Assembly (NCBI GenBank): GCA_963790475.1
Contig: CAWBOS010000012.1
Location: 1,344,001 to 1,408,000, forward strand
Length of the DNA stretch: 64,000 nucleotides
DNA from: an uncultured delta proteobacterium
GTDB lineage: Bacteria; Desulfobacterota; RBG-13-43-22
Direction: 5' to 3'
Both the position numbers and the translations under genes were made by a program. Shown in pieces: positions 1 through 10,514 of this stretch (its first letter is position 1; every line of letters starts with the position of its first letter). A model generated the notes under the pieces. It was not told the origin of the DNA. It searched no databases and saw only the letters and a list, made by a program, of their open reading frames with translations.

Positions 1-1016
1 CAGAGGAATTATTCGGCTACATTTTCAGGCCGGAGGAACGACTCAACATAAGTAATCTCTATCCTTCGGGCGTGGCTCGGGACATCATGAAAAAACTCCG
101 GGATGATGAATATGGAGGACCAGGAAAGCTTCCGGTCACCCGGGTCGAGATCCTTACGGCACTCGGAGAGCAGATCCCGGTCGAGATGACTGGAGCCATT
201 ATTTATGAGAATGGCCAGGAATCCGCAACCATGGGAGTCTATAACGACCTACGGGAAAGACTGACCTCCGAGAAAAAACTGCTGGAGGCCCAGTCTCAAT
301 TGGTTCAAGCGGAAAAAATGGCCTCCCTTGGACGATTGTCCGCCGGTGTGGCCCATGAAATCAACAATCCACTGACCGGGATCCTCCTGTATGGTAAGCT
401 GGTGAAAGAAAAAATTGGGAAAGACCATCCACTCCAATCAAGTTTAAACTGCATTATTGAAGATGTTGGGCGATGCCGGGATATCGTCAAAAACCTTTTG
501 ACTTACAGCCGTCAATCCACCACCTCCAGGGATCGTTTTTCTTTGAACGACCTGGTGGATGAGAGTCTTCGTCTGATTCGGGATCAAAAACTGTTTATTA
601 ACGTGACCATTCATAAGGATTTTTCCCAGGCGAGGATGCCGGTGAATGCCGACCGGAACAACATGAGCCAGGTGGTCATTATTCTGGTAATGAATGCTCT
701 GGATGCCATGAATAAAAAGGGGACTCTGACCTTGAAGACCTATCGGGATGATCGGCAGAAAAAAGGGTGCCTGGAAATATCAGATACCGGAACCGGCATC
801 CCTAAGGAGAACCTGTCCCGGATATTCGATCCGTTTTTTACGACCAAGGAACCGGGAAAAGGGACCGGTCTGGGATTAAGTACGGCTTATGGGATTGTCA
901 AAGATAACAGCGGTGATATTTTCGTCAAAGGAACCGGGCCAGGAGGGACCTCCTTTGTGGTGGAACTTCCCTTGGATCTCGATTCCCTGTATGTCGACCA
1001 GGAGATGATTGGATAG
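1..1016 (+). CDS. PAS sensor histidine kinase (5' partial)
   Basis: Frame open from base 3; H-box [11 protein letters not shown]-boxes DTGTGI and [15 protein letters not shown]. Confidence 0.9.
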   Translation, partial: EELFGYIFRPEERLNISNLYPSGVARDIMKKLRDDEYGGPGKLPVTRVEILTALGEQIPVEMTGAIIYENGQESATMGVYNDLRERLTSEKKLLEAQSQLVQAEKMASLGRLSAGVAHEINNPLTGILLYGKLVKEKIGKDHPLQSSLNCIIEDVGRCRDIVKNLLTYSRQSTTSRDRFSLNDLVDESLRLIRDQKLFINVTIHKDFSQARMPVNADRNNMSQVVIILVMNALDAMNKKGTLTLKTYRDDRQKKGCLEISDTGTGIPKENLSRIFDPFFTTKEPGKGTGLGLSTAYGIVKDNSGDIFVKGTGPGGTSFVVELPLDLDSLYVDQEMIG

Positions 1017-1108
1017 CTGAAGTCCACTCATAAAAACGGAAGAAATTCCTAAAAGGAAAACAGTTTTTTATTTCGGCTTATTCCGGCCTTTATCAACCGA
1101 GGTGCAGT

Positions 1109-2584
1109 ATGATCGCAGTAACGGAAATTCAAACCCAGTACCCTCCAAAAATCCTGGTTGTGGACGATGAATCGCGTATCCGGGAGGCCTGCAAACTGGT
1201 TTTGGAAGAATGCGGTTATGAGGTGTCCATGGCTTCCAGCGGAATTCAGGCCATTGAAGGTGTCTCGGCGGAACATTTCGATATTATATTGCTGGATTTA
1301 ATGATGCCTGAGATGTCCGGCTTCGATGTGCTGGCCAGGATCAAAGCTTTGGATCCGGGTACTTTGGTCATAGTGATCACCGGCTACGCCACATTGGAGC
1401 ATTCGGTGGAGGCCATGAAAAACGGGGCCTTCGATTTTATCCCCAAACCGTTTTCCCCGGAACATCTTCGGGTAACGGTGGCCAAGGCCATCGAATACAC
1501 CCAGGCCCTGCGGGACATCGCCGACAGCCGTTCCAGATTGCGGGTCCTGGTCAACCACATTACAGACGGGGTCATGTGCACCAACCCCCAGAATCAGATT
1601 GTGCTGGCCAATCCCGCTTTTTTAAGGATGGTCGGCTGCCCGGCCCCTTCGGCGATTGGGTGGCAGATGGATGAAGTTGTTCTCTATCCGCAGATACGCG
1701 AAATGGTTTCCCGGGCCTTGAACATGCCCGAATCGGAGTTGTCGGAATTGACCGAGGAAATCACCCTCAACAGCAATAATCCTACGGAGGAGTTGGTTCT
1801 AAGCATTCGATGTGCGCCCTTTCGAGACCGCATAGGCCGGAATCTTGGGGTGATCACCGTCTTGCACGATATTACCGCCTTGAAGCGGATGGACCGGATG
1901 AAGTCGCAATTTGTATCCACGGTGAACCATGAAATTCAAAGCCCACTGAATACGGTGATGATGCAATTACAGGTAATCCTGGATGGGTTGGCAGGGGAAC
2001 TGTCGGAAAAGCAACGGACCATCCTCTCCCGGGTTTCACAAAAAATCAATAGCCTGTCCCGGATGGCCTCTGAACTGCTAGACCTTGCCAAGATTGAATC
2101 CGGTCTTATCTCTCTTGAACGGGAGCCTGTGAATATACTGACCATCATTCGTGATCAGGTGGCTTTTCACCAGCCTCGGGCCGAATCCCAAGCGATCCGT
2201 CTGGAAATCGATGCCCCGGAAGTCCTGCCCCCGGTAGTGGCCAACCGGCGAAACATGGAAGCGGTCTTATCCAATTTGATCACCAATGCCATCAAATATA
2301 GTCCGGATGGGGGTCGAGTCACGGTTTCAGCCGCCGTCGAGGCCGATTTTCTTTCTATCCGGATTCAGGATACAGGCATCGGCATCAACTCCGAAGACCT
2401 TAAATTAGTTTTTAATCAGTTTTACAGGGTAAAAAACGAAAAAACCCGATATATCAACGGCACGGGTTTGGGATTGGCTATCGTTAAAAGAATTGTTGAG
2501 TCCCATGAAGGACGTATTAAGGTAGAAAGCCGTCCTGGAGAAGGCAGTACTTTTACCGTTATCCTTCCTTTGGGGTCTGGCTGA
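1109..2584 (+). CDS. Hybrid REC-PAS-histidine kinase
   Basis: N-terminal receiver (ILVVDDE, LLDLMMP, KPF), PAS, HEIQSPL H-box, NAIKY/GTGLGL. Confidence 0.9.
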   Translation: MIAVTEIQTQYPPKILVVDDESRIREACKLVLEECGYEVSMASSGIQAIEGVSAEHFDIILLDLMMPEMSGFDVLARIKALDPGTLVIVITGYATLEHSVEAMKNGAFDFIPKPFSPEHLRVTVAKAIEYTQALRDIADSRSRLRVLVNHITDGVMCTNPQNQIVLANPAFLRMVGCPAPSAIGWQMDEVVLYPQIREMVSRALNMPESELSELTEEITLNSNNPTEELVLSIRCAPFRDRIGRNLGVITVLHDITALKRMDRMKSQFVSTVNHEIQSPLNTVMMQLQVILDGLAGELSEKQRTILSRVSQKINSLSRMASELLDLAKIESGLISLEREPVNILTIIRDQVAFHQPRAESQAIRLEIDAPEVLPPVVANRRNMEAVLSNLITNAIKYSPDGGRVTVSAAVEADFLSIRIQDTGIGINSEDLKLVFNQFYRVKNEKTRYINGTGLGLAIVKRIVESHEGRIKVESRPGEGSTFTVILPLGSG

Positions 2585-2631
2585 TCCTTTCTAATCAATC
2601 ACCAATTTATGAAAATCAGTAATACCCCGTA

Positions 2632-3483
2632 TTAAAATACTCCTTTCCGTTTCAAAAGAGGCACTGGGTCCACAAAATGGCGGGACAGCCAGGTTTTCAC
2701 TTCAGGCCCCTTCCAGGAAACCCCGATCAATTCAGTAAAATAATAGACAGGCAAATCGTACTTTTTCCGGAAGATTTCCGCAATCTTCGTTTGGGGCATA
2801 TCCAGGTTGGCCTGACACATCTGACAGGAGACCACTATAGCCTCGGCCCCGGCTTCCAGTGCCCTTTCATAAAGGCGTTGTACCAGGGTGTGAACAATAT
2901 CGGGCCGGGCGATGGTATGACTGGCCCCGCAGCAGTCGGTTTTGTAGGACCAGTCATGGACGGTAGCACCCAGAGCCTTTAAGAGGGTATCCATATTCTG
3001 GGGATTTTCATAGGAGATGGCGCCGGTGATCTTGGGAGGGCGGTTGGCCATACAACCATAGTAACAGACGACCGACAGATCTTTTAAAGGTTGTTGGACC
3101 TTGGCCTGTATCTGAGATAGCCGATCAGGCCGGCTTAAGAAATCCAAAAGGTCCCAGACCCTGGTCTTCCCGGTATAGGCATAAGGGCGATCTTCCCTTG
3201 GCCCCTTTTGGAGTTCATGGGCGGCGGTCTTTAAGCGATTGAAACACATGGGGCAGGGGACAACCATATCGAGCCCGATTTTTTCGGCCAAAGCCAGGTT
3301 GCGTCCCGGCAGAGCGACGGACAAAAATTCATTGGTATTGTGAGCGGCTGTGGCCCCGCAACAGGACCAGTCGGGGATTTCCACAAGATCAACACCTAAT
3401 TGCCTGCAAACATAGGTTATGGATTCCTGATAGTCCTTGGCTGTGGCTTCCAGGGAACATCCGGGGTAGTAAGAGACTTTCAT
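2632..3483 (-). CDS. hdrB: Heterodisulfide reductase subunit B
   Basis: YYPGCSL, WSCCGA, CPMC, YYGC, TDCCG, CQMCQANLD: two CCG domains. Confidence 0.92.
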   Translation of the reverse strand: MKVSYYPGCSLEATAKDYQESITYVCRQLGVDLVEIPDWSCCGATAAHNTNEFLSVALPGRNLALAEKIGLDMVVPCPMCFNRLKTAAHELQKGPREDRPYAYTGKTRVWDLLDFLSRPDRLSQIQAKVQQPLKDLSVVCYYGCMANRPPKITGAISYENPQNMDTLLKALGATVHDWSYKTDCCGASHTIARPDIVHTLVQRLYERALEAGAEAIVVSCQMCQANLDMPQTKIAEIFRKKYDLPVYYFTELIGVSWKGPEVKTWLSRHFVDPVPLLKRKGVF

Positions 3484-3503
3484 AAAAAACCTGAAATAAA
3501 AGC

Positions 3504-3534
3504 AGGCTATAGGCTATGGGCTATAGGCAATAGG
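3504..3534. repeat. Heptamer tandem repeat (GGCTATA/GGCAATA), inverted relative to 3951-3970
   Basis: aggctataggctatgggctataggcaatagg; reverse-complement units ccctatagcccattgcccc lie on the other side of the four-helix-bundle gene. Confidence 0.75.
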
Positions 3535-3562
3535 TTAAAAACAATAAGAAAAACTTTACAGA

Positions 3563-3934
3563 CTATGGTTGAAGAGATTTTTGTCTTGCCTGGATCAGCC
3601 GTCCGAGCATTTTGGCCAACTCTTCGCAATCCTGTTCGATTTTTTGGTAATCCTCTTCTGATAGATATCCAATATTGAAAGCAATCTCTACTTGTGTCCT
3701 CAACTCCGCAAGGGAACCCTTGGCCATAAAAAAGAAGCGTATGGAATCTCGGTCAGTATCGCGTTCGTCTCCTTCAGCGATATTGCTTGGGATACTTACA
3801 ACTGACCTCCTGATTTGATCTCGAAGAGAATAATCTTTGCTGATAGGCCCTGTGCTTGTAATTTGATATACTAATACCGCCAGGTCTTTGGACTTTTGCC
3901 AGACCATCAGATCCCGAAATCCTTTCCTCCCCAT
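3563..3934 (-). CDS. Four helix bundle protein (23S rRNA IVS / bAvd-like family)
   Basis: FRDLMVWQKS, DQIRRSVVSIPSNIAEG, AKGSLAELRTQ signature. Confidence 0.9.
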   Translation of the reverse strand: MGRKGFRDLMVWQKSKDLAVLVYQITSTGPISKDYSLRDQIRRSVVSIPSNIAEGDERDTDRDSIRFFFMAKGSLAELRTQVEIAFNIGYLSEEDYQKIEQDCEELAKMLGRLIQARQKSLQP

Positions 3935-3952
3935 CAGTATCTTCCTCTTCCC

Positions 3953-4537
3953 CTATAGCCCATTGCCCCTTTCAAATAAATCTTTTATTTCTCCAATCTT
4001 TTTAATTCGCCTCGGAATTAAATGGAGTCTCCCTTTTCGAGCCATCGTCCAGCCTAAACGCATCTCATCAAGGAGAGTGCCGTCTTTCATTTTTTGCAGC
4101 CAATCGCCGCTTTTAAGCATATAATTTCCGACCAGGCCGGTTTCAAAGACCCTTCCCCTTTTACGGATGTCTTCCATAAAAACTTGATGAAAGGCCAGGA
4201 CCTTGCCTTCCGCGGCTAGTCCTTTTTCTTTGACCACCGATTGTTTCAGAAAGTCCATGACTCCGGCAATGTCTATTTCATTAGGGCAGCGGGTGGTACA
4301 GGTTTCACAGGAAGCACAGACCCAAATGGTGGCACTCTCCTGGACCTCCTGTTTTAATCCCATCTGGATATAACGCATGACCTGATCCGGGTAAATATCC
4401 ATGGCAAAAGTAACCGGACAACCGTTGGTGCATTTACGGCACTGAAAACAAGCCGAAACCTTGATCCCACTTTCTTCTTCGACCTGGTTAAGAAAACCCG
4501 AGGCCATTTCAATACATGTTAGTTCCGGTTTTTCCAT
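3953..4537 (-). CDS. hdrC: Heterodisulfide reductase subunit C
   Basis: CFQCRKCTNGCP and IWVCASCETCTTRCP; adjacent to hdrB. Confidence 0.92.
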   Translation of the reverse strand: MEKPELTCIEMASGFLNQVEEESGIKVSACFQCRKCTNGCPVTFAMDIYPDQVMRYIQMGLKQEVQESATIWVCASCETCTTRCPNEIDIAGVMDFLKQSVVKEKGLAAEGKVLAFHQVFMEDIRKRGRVFETGLVGNYMLKSGDWLQKMKDGTLLDEMRLGWTMARKGRLHLIPRRIKKIGEIKDLFERGNGL

Positions 4538-4963
4538 AGGGATCCTCTACTAACCTTTTATCTCAAAATTATGTTATAATTTTGGAATCTAGTGCCAAGG
4601 CCAGGGGTTTTTTACCAGTTCTTTATTCATAATAATTTCTTTTCTTATTTTAGTACCAACAGCCAATTTAAGGCAAATAAAATCACATCCTTTGTGAGAA
4701 ATAGAGAAAGCTTCAATAAGCTTGTTCTCGATTTGATCGGAGAGCGGGAGTTTTAGATCCCTGGATAATGGTTTTCGCGAGAACATGGTGAAAAGACTTT
4801 TGGGAGAGTGGCTCCTTGTGTTATTTTAATTCGTTTAAACTTGAAAATGTAAAATGGCTCCTCAATTCCTATTGACAAATTACGTTCATTTTTGTTAATG
4901 ATTGTGAGCTTGTCCCAATTTGAACTATTTTTCTCTTGTGAAAATTACTTATAGGAGGGTACT

Positions 4964-5650
4964 ATGACTTTTATTGCCTTTGTCGAAGGCCCCCTGGTGT
5001 GGATTGCTTTTCTAACTTTCCTATTGGGAAGCGCTTTGCGCCTCCTCTTTTTCTTTACCTTAAGCAGTAAAAAAGACAAACCTATCTATCGTTTTTTCAG
5101 TTTGAAATGGATGCTTCTCTCCATTGTCCGCTGGCTTTTTCCGGCCAACGTAGATCTGAAAAAAAATCCCATCTTCTCCATCCTGGGCTATATTTTTCAT
5201 ATCTGTCTTTTGGCGGTCCCTTTGTTTTACAGTGCTCATGTGACCTTGTGGGAAGAAAGCCGCTTTAAATGGAAATGGTGGACCATGCCGGATTCCTGGG
5301 CTGATTGGCTGACCCTGATCTTGTTGGCCATCGCCGTCTTTTTTATCATCCGCCGAATCATTCTACCCAGTGTCCGGATTATTACCAACCCTTCCGATTA
5401 TCTGTTGATCGTCGTCTGCGCCTTGCCTTTCCTGACCGGGTATATTAACACCCATCCTGATGGGCTTGCTTATCAATGGATCACTTCGGCCCTTCCTATT
5501 TATGGCCAATACAGTAACACCATTCATATTATGAGCGCGGCCTTGATGTTGATCATCGTTCCCTTTACCAAACTCTCCCACTGGGTCCTTTTTTTCGTAT
5601 CCCGAGCGGTTACCGGGATGGAGTTTGGCAGAAGAAATTATCCCGTCTAG
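4964..5650 (+). CDS. tmcC: NarI-type membrane cytochrome b (TmcC/HmcE/DsrM-like)
   Basis: Hydrophobic helices with His pairs IFHI...SAHV and IHIM...KLSHW; RBS GGAGG. Confidence 0.75.
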   Translation: MTFIAFVEGPLVWIAFLTFLLGSALRLLFFFTLSSKKDKPIYRFFSLKWMLLSIVRWLFPANVDLKKNPIFSILGYIFHICLLAVPLFYSAHVTLWEESRFKWKWWTMPDSWADWLTLILLAIAVFFIIRRIILPSVRIITNPSDYLLIVVCALPFLTGYINTHPDGLAYQWITSALPIYGQYSNTIHIMSAALMLIIVPFTKLSHWVLFFVSRAVTGMEFGRRNYPV

Positions 5651-5680
5651 GCTCTGGTAATTAAAATGAAGGAGACATCG

Positions 5681-6973
5681 ATGTCCGAAAAAAGTCAATA
5701 TCCGGAAATCAGCATCAATCCCGAAGCGATAAGACAGGCCGTAGACAGCCGCATGAATGCCCGGCTGAAAATGTGGACCCGCATCTGCGCCCACTGCGGA
5801 CTTTGTGCCGACACCTGTCATTTTTATCTGGCCAAAAACAAAGATCCCAAGATGGTCCCGTCCTATAAGGCCCAAAAATTGAAAGAACTGGTCAAGAAAA
5901 AAGGCCGGGTGGATGAAAAATATCTTCAGTCACTATACGATATCGCTTTTGGAGACTGTACCGTTTGCCGTCGTTGCACCATGTACTGCCCGTTCGGTAT
6001 TGATATGGCTACTATGGTTTCCACTATACGGGGTATCCTGACTTCCCAGGGTATGGCTCCCAAAGGGCTAAAGGACGCCATCAAGAATTACCAGGAAACG
6101 GGCAACCAAATGGCTATCAGCGAAGAAGACTGGGTCGAGACCTTGAAGTGGATGGAAGAGGAACTTCAGGAGGAACTGCCCGGGGCGACCATCCCCATCG
6201 ATAAGGGGGGGGCCAGGATCATGTATACGGTCAACGCCCGGGAGCCCAAGTACTATCCTCAGGATATTCAACTGGCCGCCAAGGTTTTCCATATCGTCGG
6301 TGAGGATTGGACCCTGCCCAGCAAAATGGGCTGGGATGACACCAACCTGGCCATGTTTGCCGGAGATGCCAAAACCGCCGGGCATATTGTTCAATTGATT
6401 TATGACCGGGCCGTAGAATTGGGCGTCAAATATGTGGCTATAACCGAGTGCGGTCATGCCTACCGTTCCGTAGCCTTTGAGGGGCCGGTCTGGCTGGGTA
6501 AGGATTATCCCTTTAAAGTGGTCCATAGCGTCGAACTCTTCGCCCAATACATTCGAGAAGGAAGACTTAAATTCGACCGTAAGATTACCGAACCGGTTAC
6601 CTACCAGGATCCCTGCAATGTCTCCCGTAACGGAGGATTGTCCGGTGCGGCCCGCTATATTGTCAAGCATATTGCTGAGGATTTCCGGGAAATGGATCCC
6701 CACGGAGTCCATAATTTCTGCTGTTCCGGGGGCGGCGGGGCTATCCCAATGGGGCCCCCCTTTAAGAAACGCAGAATGGAAGCCGGGAAGGTCAAGGCTG
6801 ACCAGATCAAGGCCACCGGGGCCAAAATCGTCATCTGCCCCTGCCATAATTGTTACGACCAGGTTAATGATTTAAACAAGGAATACAATCTGGGTATCAA
6901 GGTCAAATCTTTCAAAGAGGTCTTTGAAGAGATCATGCACATCCCTGAGGAATTGAAAGCCAAGGAGGAATAG
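5681..6973 (+). CDS. tmcB: HdrD/DsrK-like Fe-S CCG protein (TmcB/HmcF-like)
   Basis: CAHCGLCADTC, CTVCRRCTMYCP, ECGH, QDPCN, CCSGGGG, CHNC. Confidence 0.8.
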   Translation: MSEKSQYPEISINPEAIRQAVDSRMNARLKMWTRICAHCGLCADTCHFYLAKNKDPKMVPSYKAQKLKELVKKKGRVDEKYLQSLYDIAFGDCTVCRRCTMYCPFGIDMATMVSTIRGILTSQGMAPKGLKDAIKNYQETGNQMAISEEDWVETLKWMEEELQEELPGATIPIDKGGARIMYTVNAREPKYYPQDIQLAAKVFHIVGEDWTLPSKMGWDDTNLAMFAGDAKTAGHIVQLIYDRAVELGVKYVAITECGHAYRSVAFEGPVWLGKDYPFKVVHSVELFAQYIREGRLKFDRKITEPVTYQDPCNVSRNGGLSGAARYIVKHIAEDFREMDPHGVHNFCCSGGGGAIPMGPPFKKRRMEAGKVKADQIKATGAKIVICPCHNCYDQVNDLNKEYNLGIKVKSFKEVFEEIMHIPEELKAKEE

Positions 6974-7039
6974 GAACGGGAATAAGAAATCTAAGATGTG
7001 ATTTATGTGAGCCTTTGGCCAGAGTCCAGGAAATCATTT

Positions 7040-7080
7040 AAGAGGTCGGTCCCGCCCAGGGCAGGAAGGACCTCTTTTGT
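7040..7080. terminator. Probable terminator between convergent genes
   Basis: aagaggtc...gacctctttt stem followed by a T run. Confidence 0.5.
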
Positions 7081-7123
7081 CTAAAAGGAATGGGGTGTCG
7101 CAAGAGGCTCCGAGATCAACGGA

Positions 7124-7522
7124 TCAAGCCGGGCATAACCTCCCGATGTTGGCAATGAGCTCTTCCGCTTCCGGCGGTTTTTCGATATAAGCTTCCGGTT
7201 CAGGGATGGACGCCCCATGGTAGCGGTCCAGTTCCCGGATGGAATGCAGGAAGGTTTTTTGGGAGACCGCTGAGACCATGATTATGGGGATGTGTTTGGT
7301 GGTTTCATCGGATTTTAAGTCCCGGTACAATTTAAGCCCACTTTCTTTCGGCATCATAACATCCAGGATAATCAGATCGGGCTTGTGTTCTTTGATCATT
7401 TTTAAGCCTTCTTCTCCATCCTTGGCCACCAGAGACTTATAGCCTTTGCTTTCAACCAGGGTAGAGATAAAAATCCGAATATCTATCTCATCATCCACCA
7501 CTATTATTTTCTTTTTCACCAT
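7124..7522 (-). CDS. Single-domain response regulator (DivK-like)
   Basis: IVVDDE, ILDVMMP, EKPP. Confidence 0.88.
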   Translation of the reverse strand: MVKKKIIVVDDEIDIRIFISTLVESKGYKSLVAKDGEEGLKMIKEHKPDLIILDVMMPKESGLKLYRDLKSDETTKHIPIIMVSAVSQKTFLHSIRELDRYHGASIPEPEAYIEKPPEAEELIANIGRLCPA

Positions 7523-7536
7523 TTTCCTCCCTTTAT

Positions 7537-8028
7537 CTACTTCCCTATTTTATCCAGTTGAAAATTTTTTTCCGGATATCGAATGGCCATGACGGTGCAA
7601 TGGGCGCGGCGGGCCACATTCTCAGCCGTACTGCCGAAGGTGATTCGATCCAAATCCGAACTGCCGGCGGCCCCGAGGACGATGAAATCCACGTTCTGGG
7701 CTCTTGCAAAACGGATGATCTCTACAAAGGGGACTCCTCCAACAACTTGAAATTCATAATGCTGGAAACCTCCCACCTTGGGTTCATACCGTTCTTTCAA
7801 ATTTTTCAAACTTTTTTCAATGAGTTCTTGAGAAATAAAGGCTTCTTCATTCCCTGGACATTGTTCATCAACGATGCTGCGCATATACTTATAAGGGGAA
7901 TGCAAAACATGAAGGATAAAAAGCCGGGCCTGATATTTTTCGGCTATGTCCAAAGCAGTTAAAAAGGCATAATCGGCGTCCTCCGAAAAGTCTGTACAGT
8001 AAAGAATCCTTTCATATTTTAGGGCCAT
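7537..8028 (-). CDS. Universal stress protein
   Basis: ILYCTDFS, IVLGAAG, FGSTAENVARRAHCTV. Confidence 0.9.
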   Translation of the reverse strand: MALKYERILYCTDFSEDADYAFLTALDIAEKYQARLFILHVLHSPYKYMRSIVDEQCPGNEEAFISQELIEKSLKNLKERYEPKVGGFQHYEFQVVGGVPFVEIIRFARAQNVDFIVLGAAGSSDLDRITFGSTAENVARRAHCTVMAIRYPEKNFQLDKIGK

Positions 8029-8108
8029 GGAGACCTCCTTCGATGTATAGATAATTCTATTTTAACATTTCAACCCTATGGGCGCAATGATGAAAAAACC
8101 TATTGCCT

Positions 8109-9272
8109 TTATGCACCGGTCATCCGGATCGGCAGGACTACCTGAAAAACCGATCCTTTCAGAGGTTCGGAATGGAAACGAATCTCACCGCCGTGCTCTC
8201 GAACGATTTTCTGGGATATCAAAAGACCTAAACCCGTTCCTCGGGATCCTTTGGTGCTGAAAAAAATATTGAATAATTTTTGCCGGATTTCCTGATCCAT
8301 TCCAATCCCGTTGTCCCCAACTTCCAATAAGATTTTCTCATCCGGCAACCGTCTGCTTTTTATTAAGACTTCCGGGTTTTGGATTGCAGTTTTCCCTAAG
8401 GTGCAGGCGTCGATGGCATTTCCGGTCAGATTGACCAGGACCACCTGAATGCCCTTCGGGTCCAGGTCAACCGGTTCCATATCCTGTTCCAGATCGAGCC
8501 TCAGGCCCACGCCTTGCTGTTGACATTGGGCGTGGAAAAGGTCAAAGACTTCCCGTATTAAGTCGTTGGGATTTACGGACTCCCGTTCGGGGTTCCGTTC
8601 ACGGCAAAAATTAAGGAGGTCCTGGGTTAACCCGGATATCTTTTCGATATTCCGTTCCACCATGTCCCATCCTTCCTTCAGATATTTCATTTCGTTACGT
8701 TCGAAACCCTGGTTGACCATATAGCGGCCTCCTTTAAGACCGCTTAAAATGTTCTTGATGGCATGGGCCAGACCGGCGACCGTTTCCCCGGTGGCCGCAA
8801 GACGTTCGGCCTGAAGCAGGTCTTTTTGCATTCGCTCCAATTCATCCTTGGCTTTTTTTACCTCAATCTTCAAATCTTCATTATATCTCCTAGCCAGTCT
8901 TTTCCAGGCCAATTTTTCTTCGGCCCGGCGTAAGGCCCAAAAAAGGGCTTCATCATGAATGGGTTTGGTGATAAAATTAGAGGCCTCCAGTTGCAGAGAT
9001 TTTATAGCCAGATCCATCTCTCCGTGACCGGTAATCATGATCACTTCCGTATCAGGATTGAGGGCTTTGATTCTCTGCAGGACCTCCAATCCGTCAATGC
9101 CCGGCATCTTAATGTCGGTAAGCACGATTGGAGGGTCTTCCTGCTGGAAGAATTCCATCCCCTGTTCTCCGTCAGCCGCGAGGATGACCTCATAACCGGC
9201 ATCCCGGAGAGAGAGGCCCAGGATTTTTCGGATTCCATCCTCATCATCAATCAATAGCAATTTGGGTTTCAC
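8109..9272 (-). CDS. Hybrid REC-histidine kinase
   Basis: LLIDDE, TDIKMP, GLAHAIKN, GTGLGL. Confidence 0.9.
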   Translation of the reverse strand: MKPKLLLIDDEDGIRKILGLSLRDAGYEVILAADGEQGMEFFQQEDPPIVLTDIKMPGIDGLEVLQRIKALNPDTEVIMITGHGEMDLAIKSLQLEASNFITKPIHDEALFWALRRAEEKLAWKRLARRYNEDLKIEVKKAKDELERMQKDLLQAERLAATGETVAGLAHAIKNILSGLKGGRYMVNQGFERNEMKYLKEGWDMVERNIEKISGLTQDLLNFCRERNPERESVNPNDLIREVFDLFHAQCQQQGVGLRLDLEQDMEPVDLDPKGIQVVLVNLTGNAIDACTLGKTAIQNPEVLIKSRRLPDEKILLEVGDNGIGMDQEIRQKLFNIFFSTKGSRGTGLGLLISQKIVREHGGEIRFHSEPLKGSVFQVVLPIRMTGA

Positions 9273-10396
9273 GACTTATCTCGGTTCTCAGCCGGTCTTC
9301 TTCCTAAGGGTTTAAGGGCGGGAAACTGAAGAATAAAGGTCGTTCCTGATCCCACCCGGCTATTGACCTGAATTTGTCCCTGGTAATCCCGGATGATCCC
9401 ATAGCTGATGGACAGACCCAGGCCCGTTCCTTGGCCGACCCCTTTGGTGGAATAAAAAGGTTCGAATATTTTTTCCTGGTTCTCTTTAGGAATTCCGCAC
9501 CCGTTATCCGTAAAATCTATTTTTACCCAACCATTTTCAAAAAAGGATCGAATCCGGATGATTTTTTCGGTGATATCCGGCTCCTCCAGGGCATCCCGGG
9601 CATTCATGGCCAGATTAATAAAAACCTGTTCCAGCCGGTTCAGGTCCCCGAGGATTGGGGGAAGGTCCGGGTCCAAATCAATAATGAATTTTATTTTTCG
9701 GAGTTCGATCTGTCTGCCTATGACGGTTAACATACCACTGATGGCTTCATTGACTTGAACCGCTGTTTTGTGGATTTCCGTTTTTCTGCCGAATTCCCTC
9801 ATATGGTTGATAATGCCTGAAGCCCGGTCAACTTGGGAATCAATCTCTTCGGCCAGGGTCTTGAGGGTTTCTTGTGGGATAGGCTGATTGTTTCTTAACT
9901 TTCTTAAGATAAAATTACTGCCGGTTTTGATTACGGTGAGGGGCTGATTCAACTCATGGGCCACTCCGGCCGACATTTCCCCCAGAGTGGCCATTTTACT
10001 GGCATGAGCCAATTGTTGTTCGTCTTGGATTTGTTCGGTGATATCATTGGTTATTATAATATAAATCAACTTATCCCCATAGACCCCGGGTGAACAACGT
10101 AAGTTTACGTAAAAGATGGAACCTTTCTTGTTTTTTTGTTTTAATTTTCCCAGAAATGTTTTTTTCTCTCTAAAAACCCGGAGAAGAACCTCCCGGAAAT
10201 CTTCAGAAACCAGATCAAAAAAGGGCTTCCCCATCAAATCGATTTTTTGATATCCGTAGAGTTTCAGGGCCATGATATTGGCATCCCAAATATGAAAAGA
10301 GAGTTGATCGACTATAAGAATAGGGCTGGGATTGCTGTTAAACAGCAGTCGGTAGGTTTCCTCCGGTTTTATCAGTTCTTCTTCCGGCATTTTCAT
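9269..10396 (-). CDS. PAS sensor histidine kinase
   Basis: Start placed at MKMPEE to avoid overlapping the upstream gene; GVAHELNQPL, NARDA, GTGLGL. Confidence 0.85.
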   Translation of the reverse strand: MKMPEEELIKPEETYRLLFNSNPSPILIVDQLSFHIWDANIMALKLYGYQKIDLMGKPFFDLVSEDFREVLLRVFREKKTFLGKLKQKNKKGSIFYVNLRCSPGVYGDKLIYIIITNDITEQIQDEQQLAHASKMATLGEMSAGVAHELNQPLTVIKTGSNFILRKLRNNQPIPQETLKTLAEEIDSQVDRASGIINHMREFGRKTEIHKTAVQVNEAISGMLTVIGRQIELRKIKFIIDLDPDLPPILGDLNRLEQVFINLAMNARDALEEPDITEKIIRIRSFFENGWVKIDFTDNGCGIPKENQEKIFEPFYSTKGVGQGTGLGLSISYGIIRDYQGQIQVNSRVGSGTTFILQFPALKPLGRRPAENRDKS

Positions 10397-10514
10397 GTAA
10401 TAGCACCTGCCGATTCCATTTCTCAGTTTTTGCCGAGCCCTCGATAAGTGATAACAGAAGGCGGGGAGACCCCTCGCTGGTCCAACCCCGACCTTCTTGG
10501 CAAAGCACTTTTTC

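Noticed and set aside
3563-3934. Diversity-generating retroelement (Avd-like gene)
   Set aside because: No reverse transcriptase or TR/VR repeat pair in the window
4580-4598. Sigma54 promoter for hdrC (TTGGCAC)
   Set aside because: The -12 GC element is absent
4900-4955. Rex operator upstream of the tmc-like genes
   Set aside because: Only TTGTGA half-sites; the second half matches poorly
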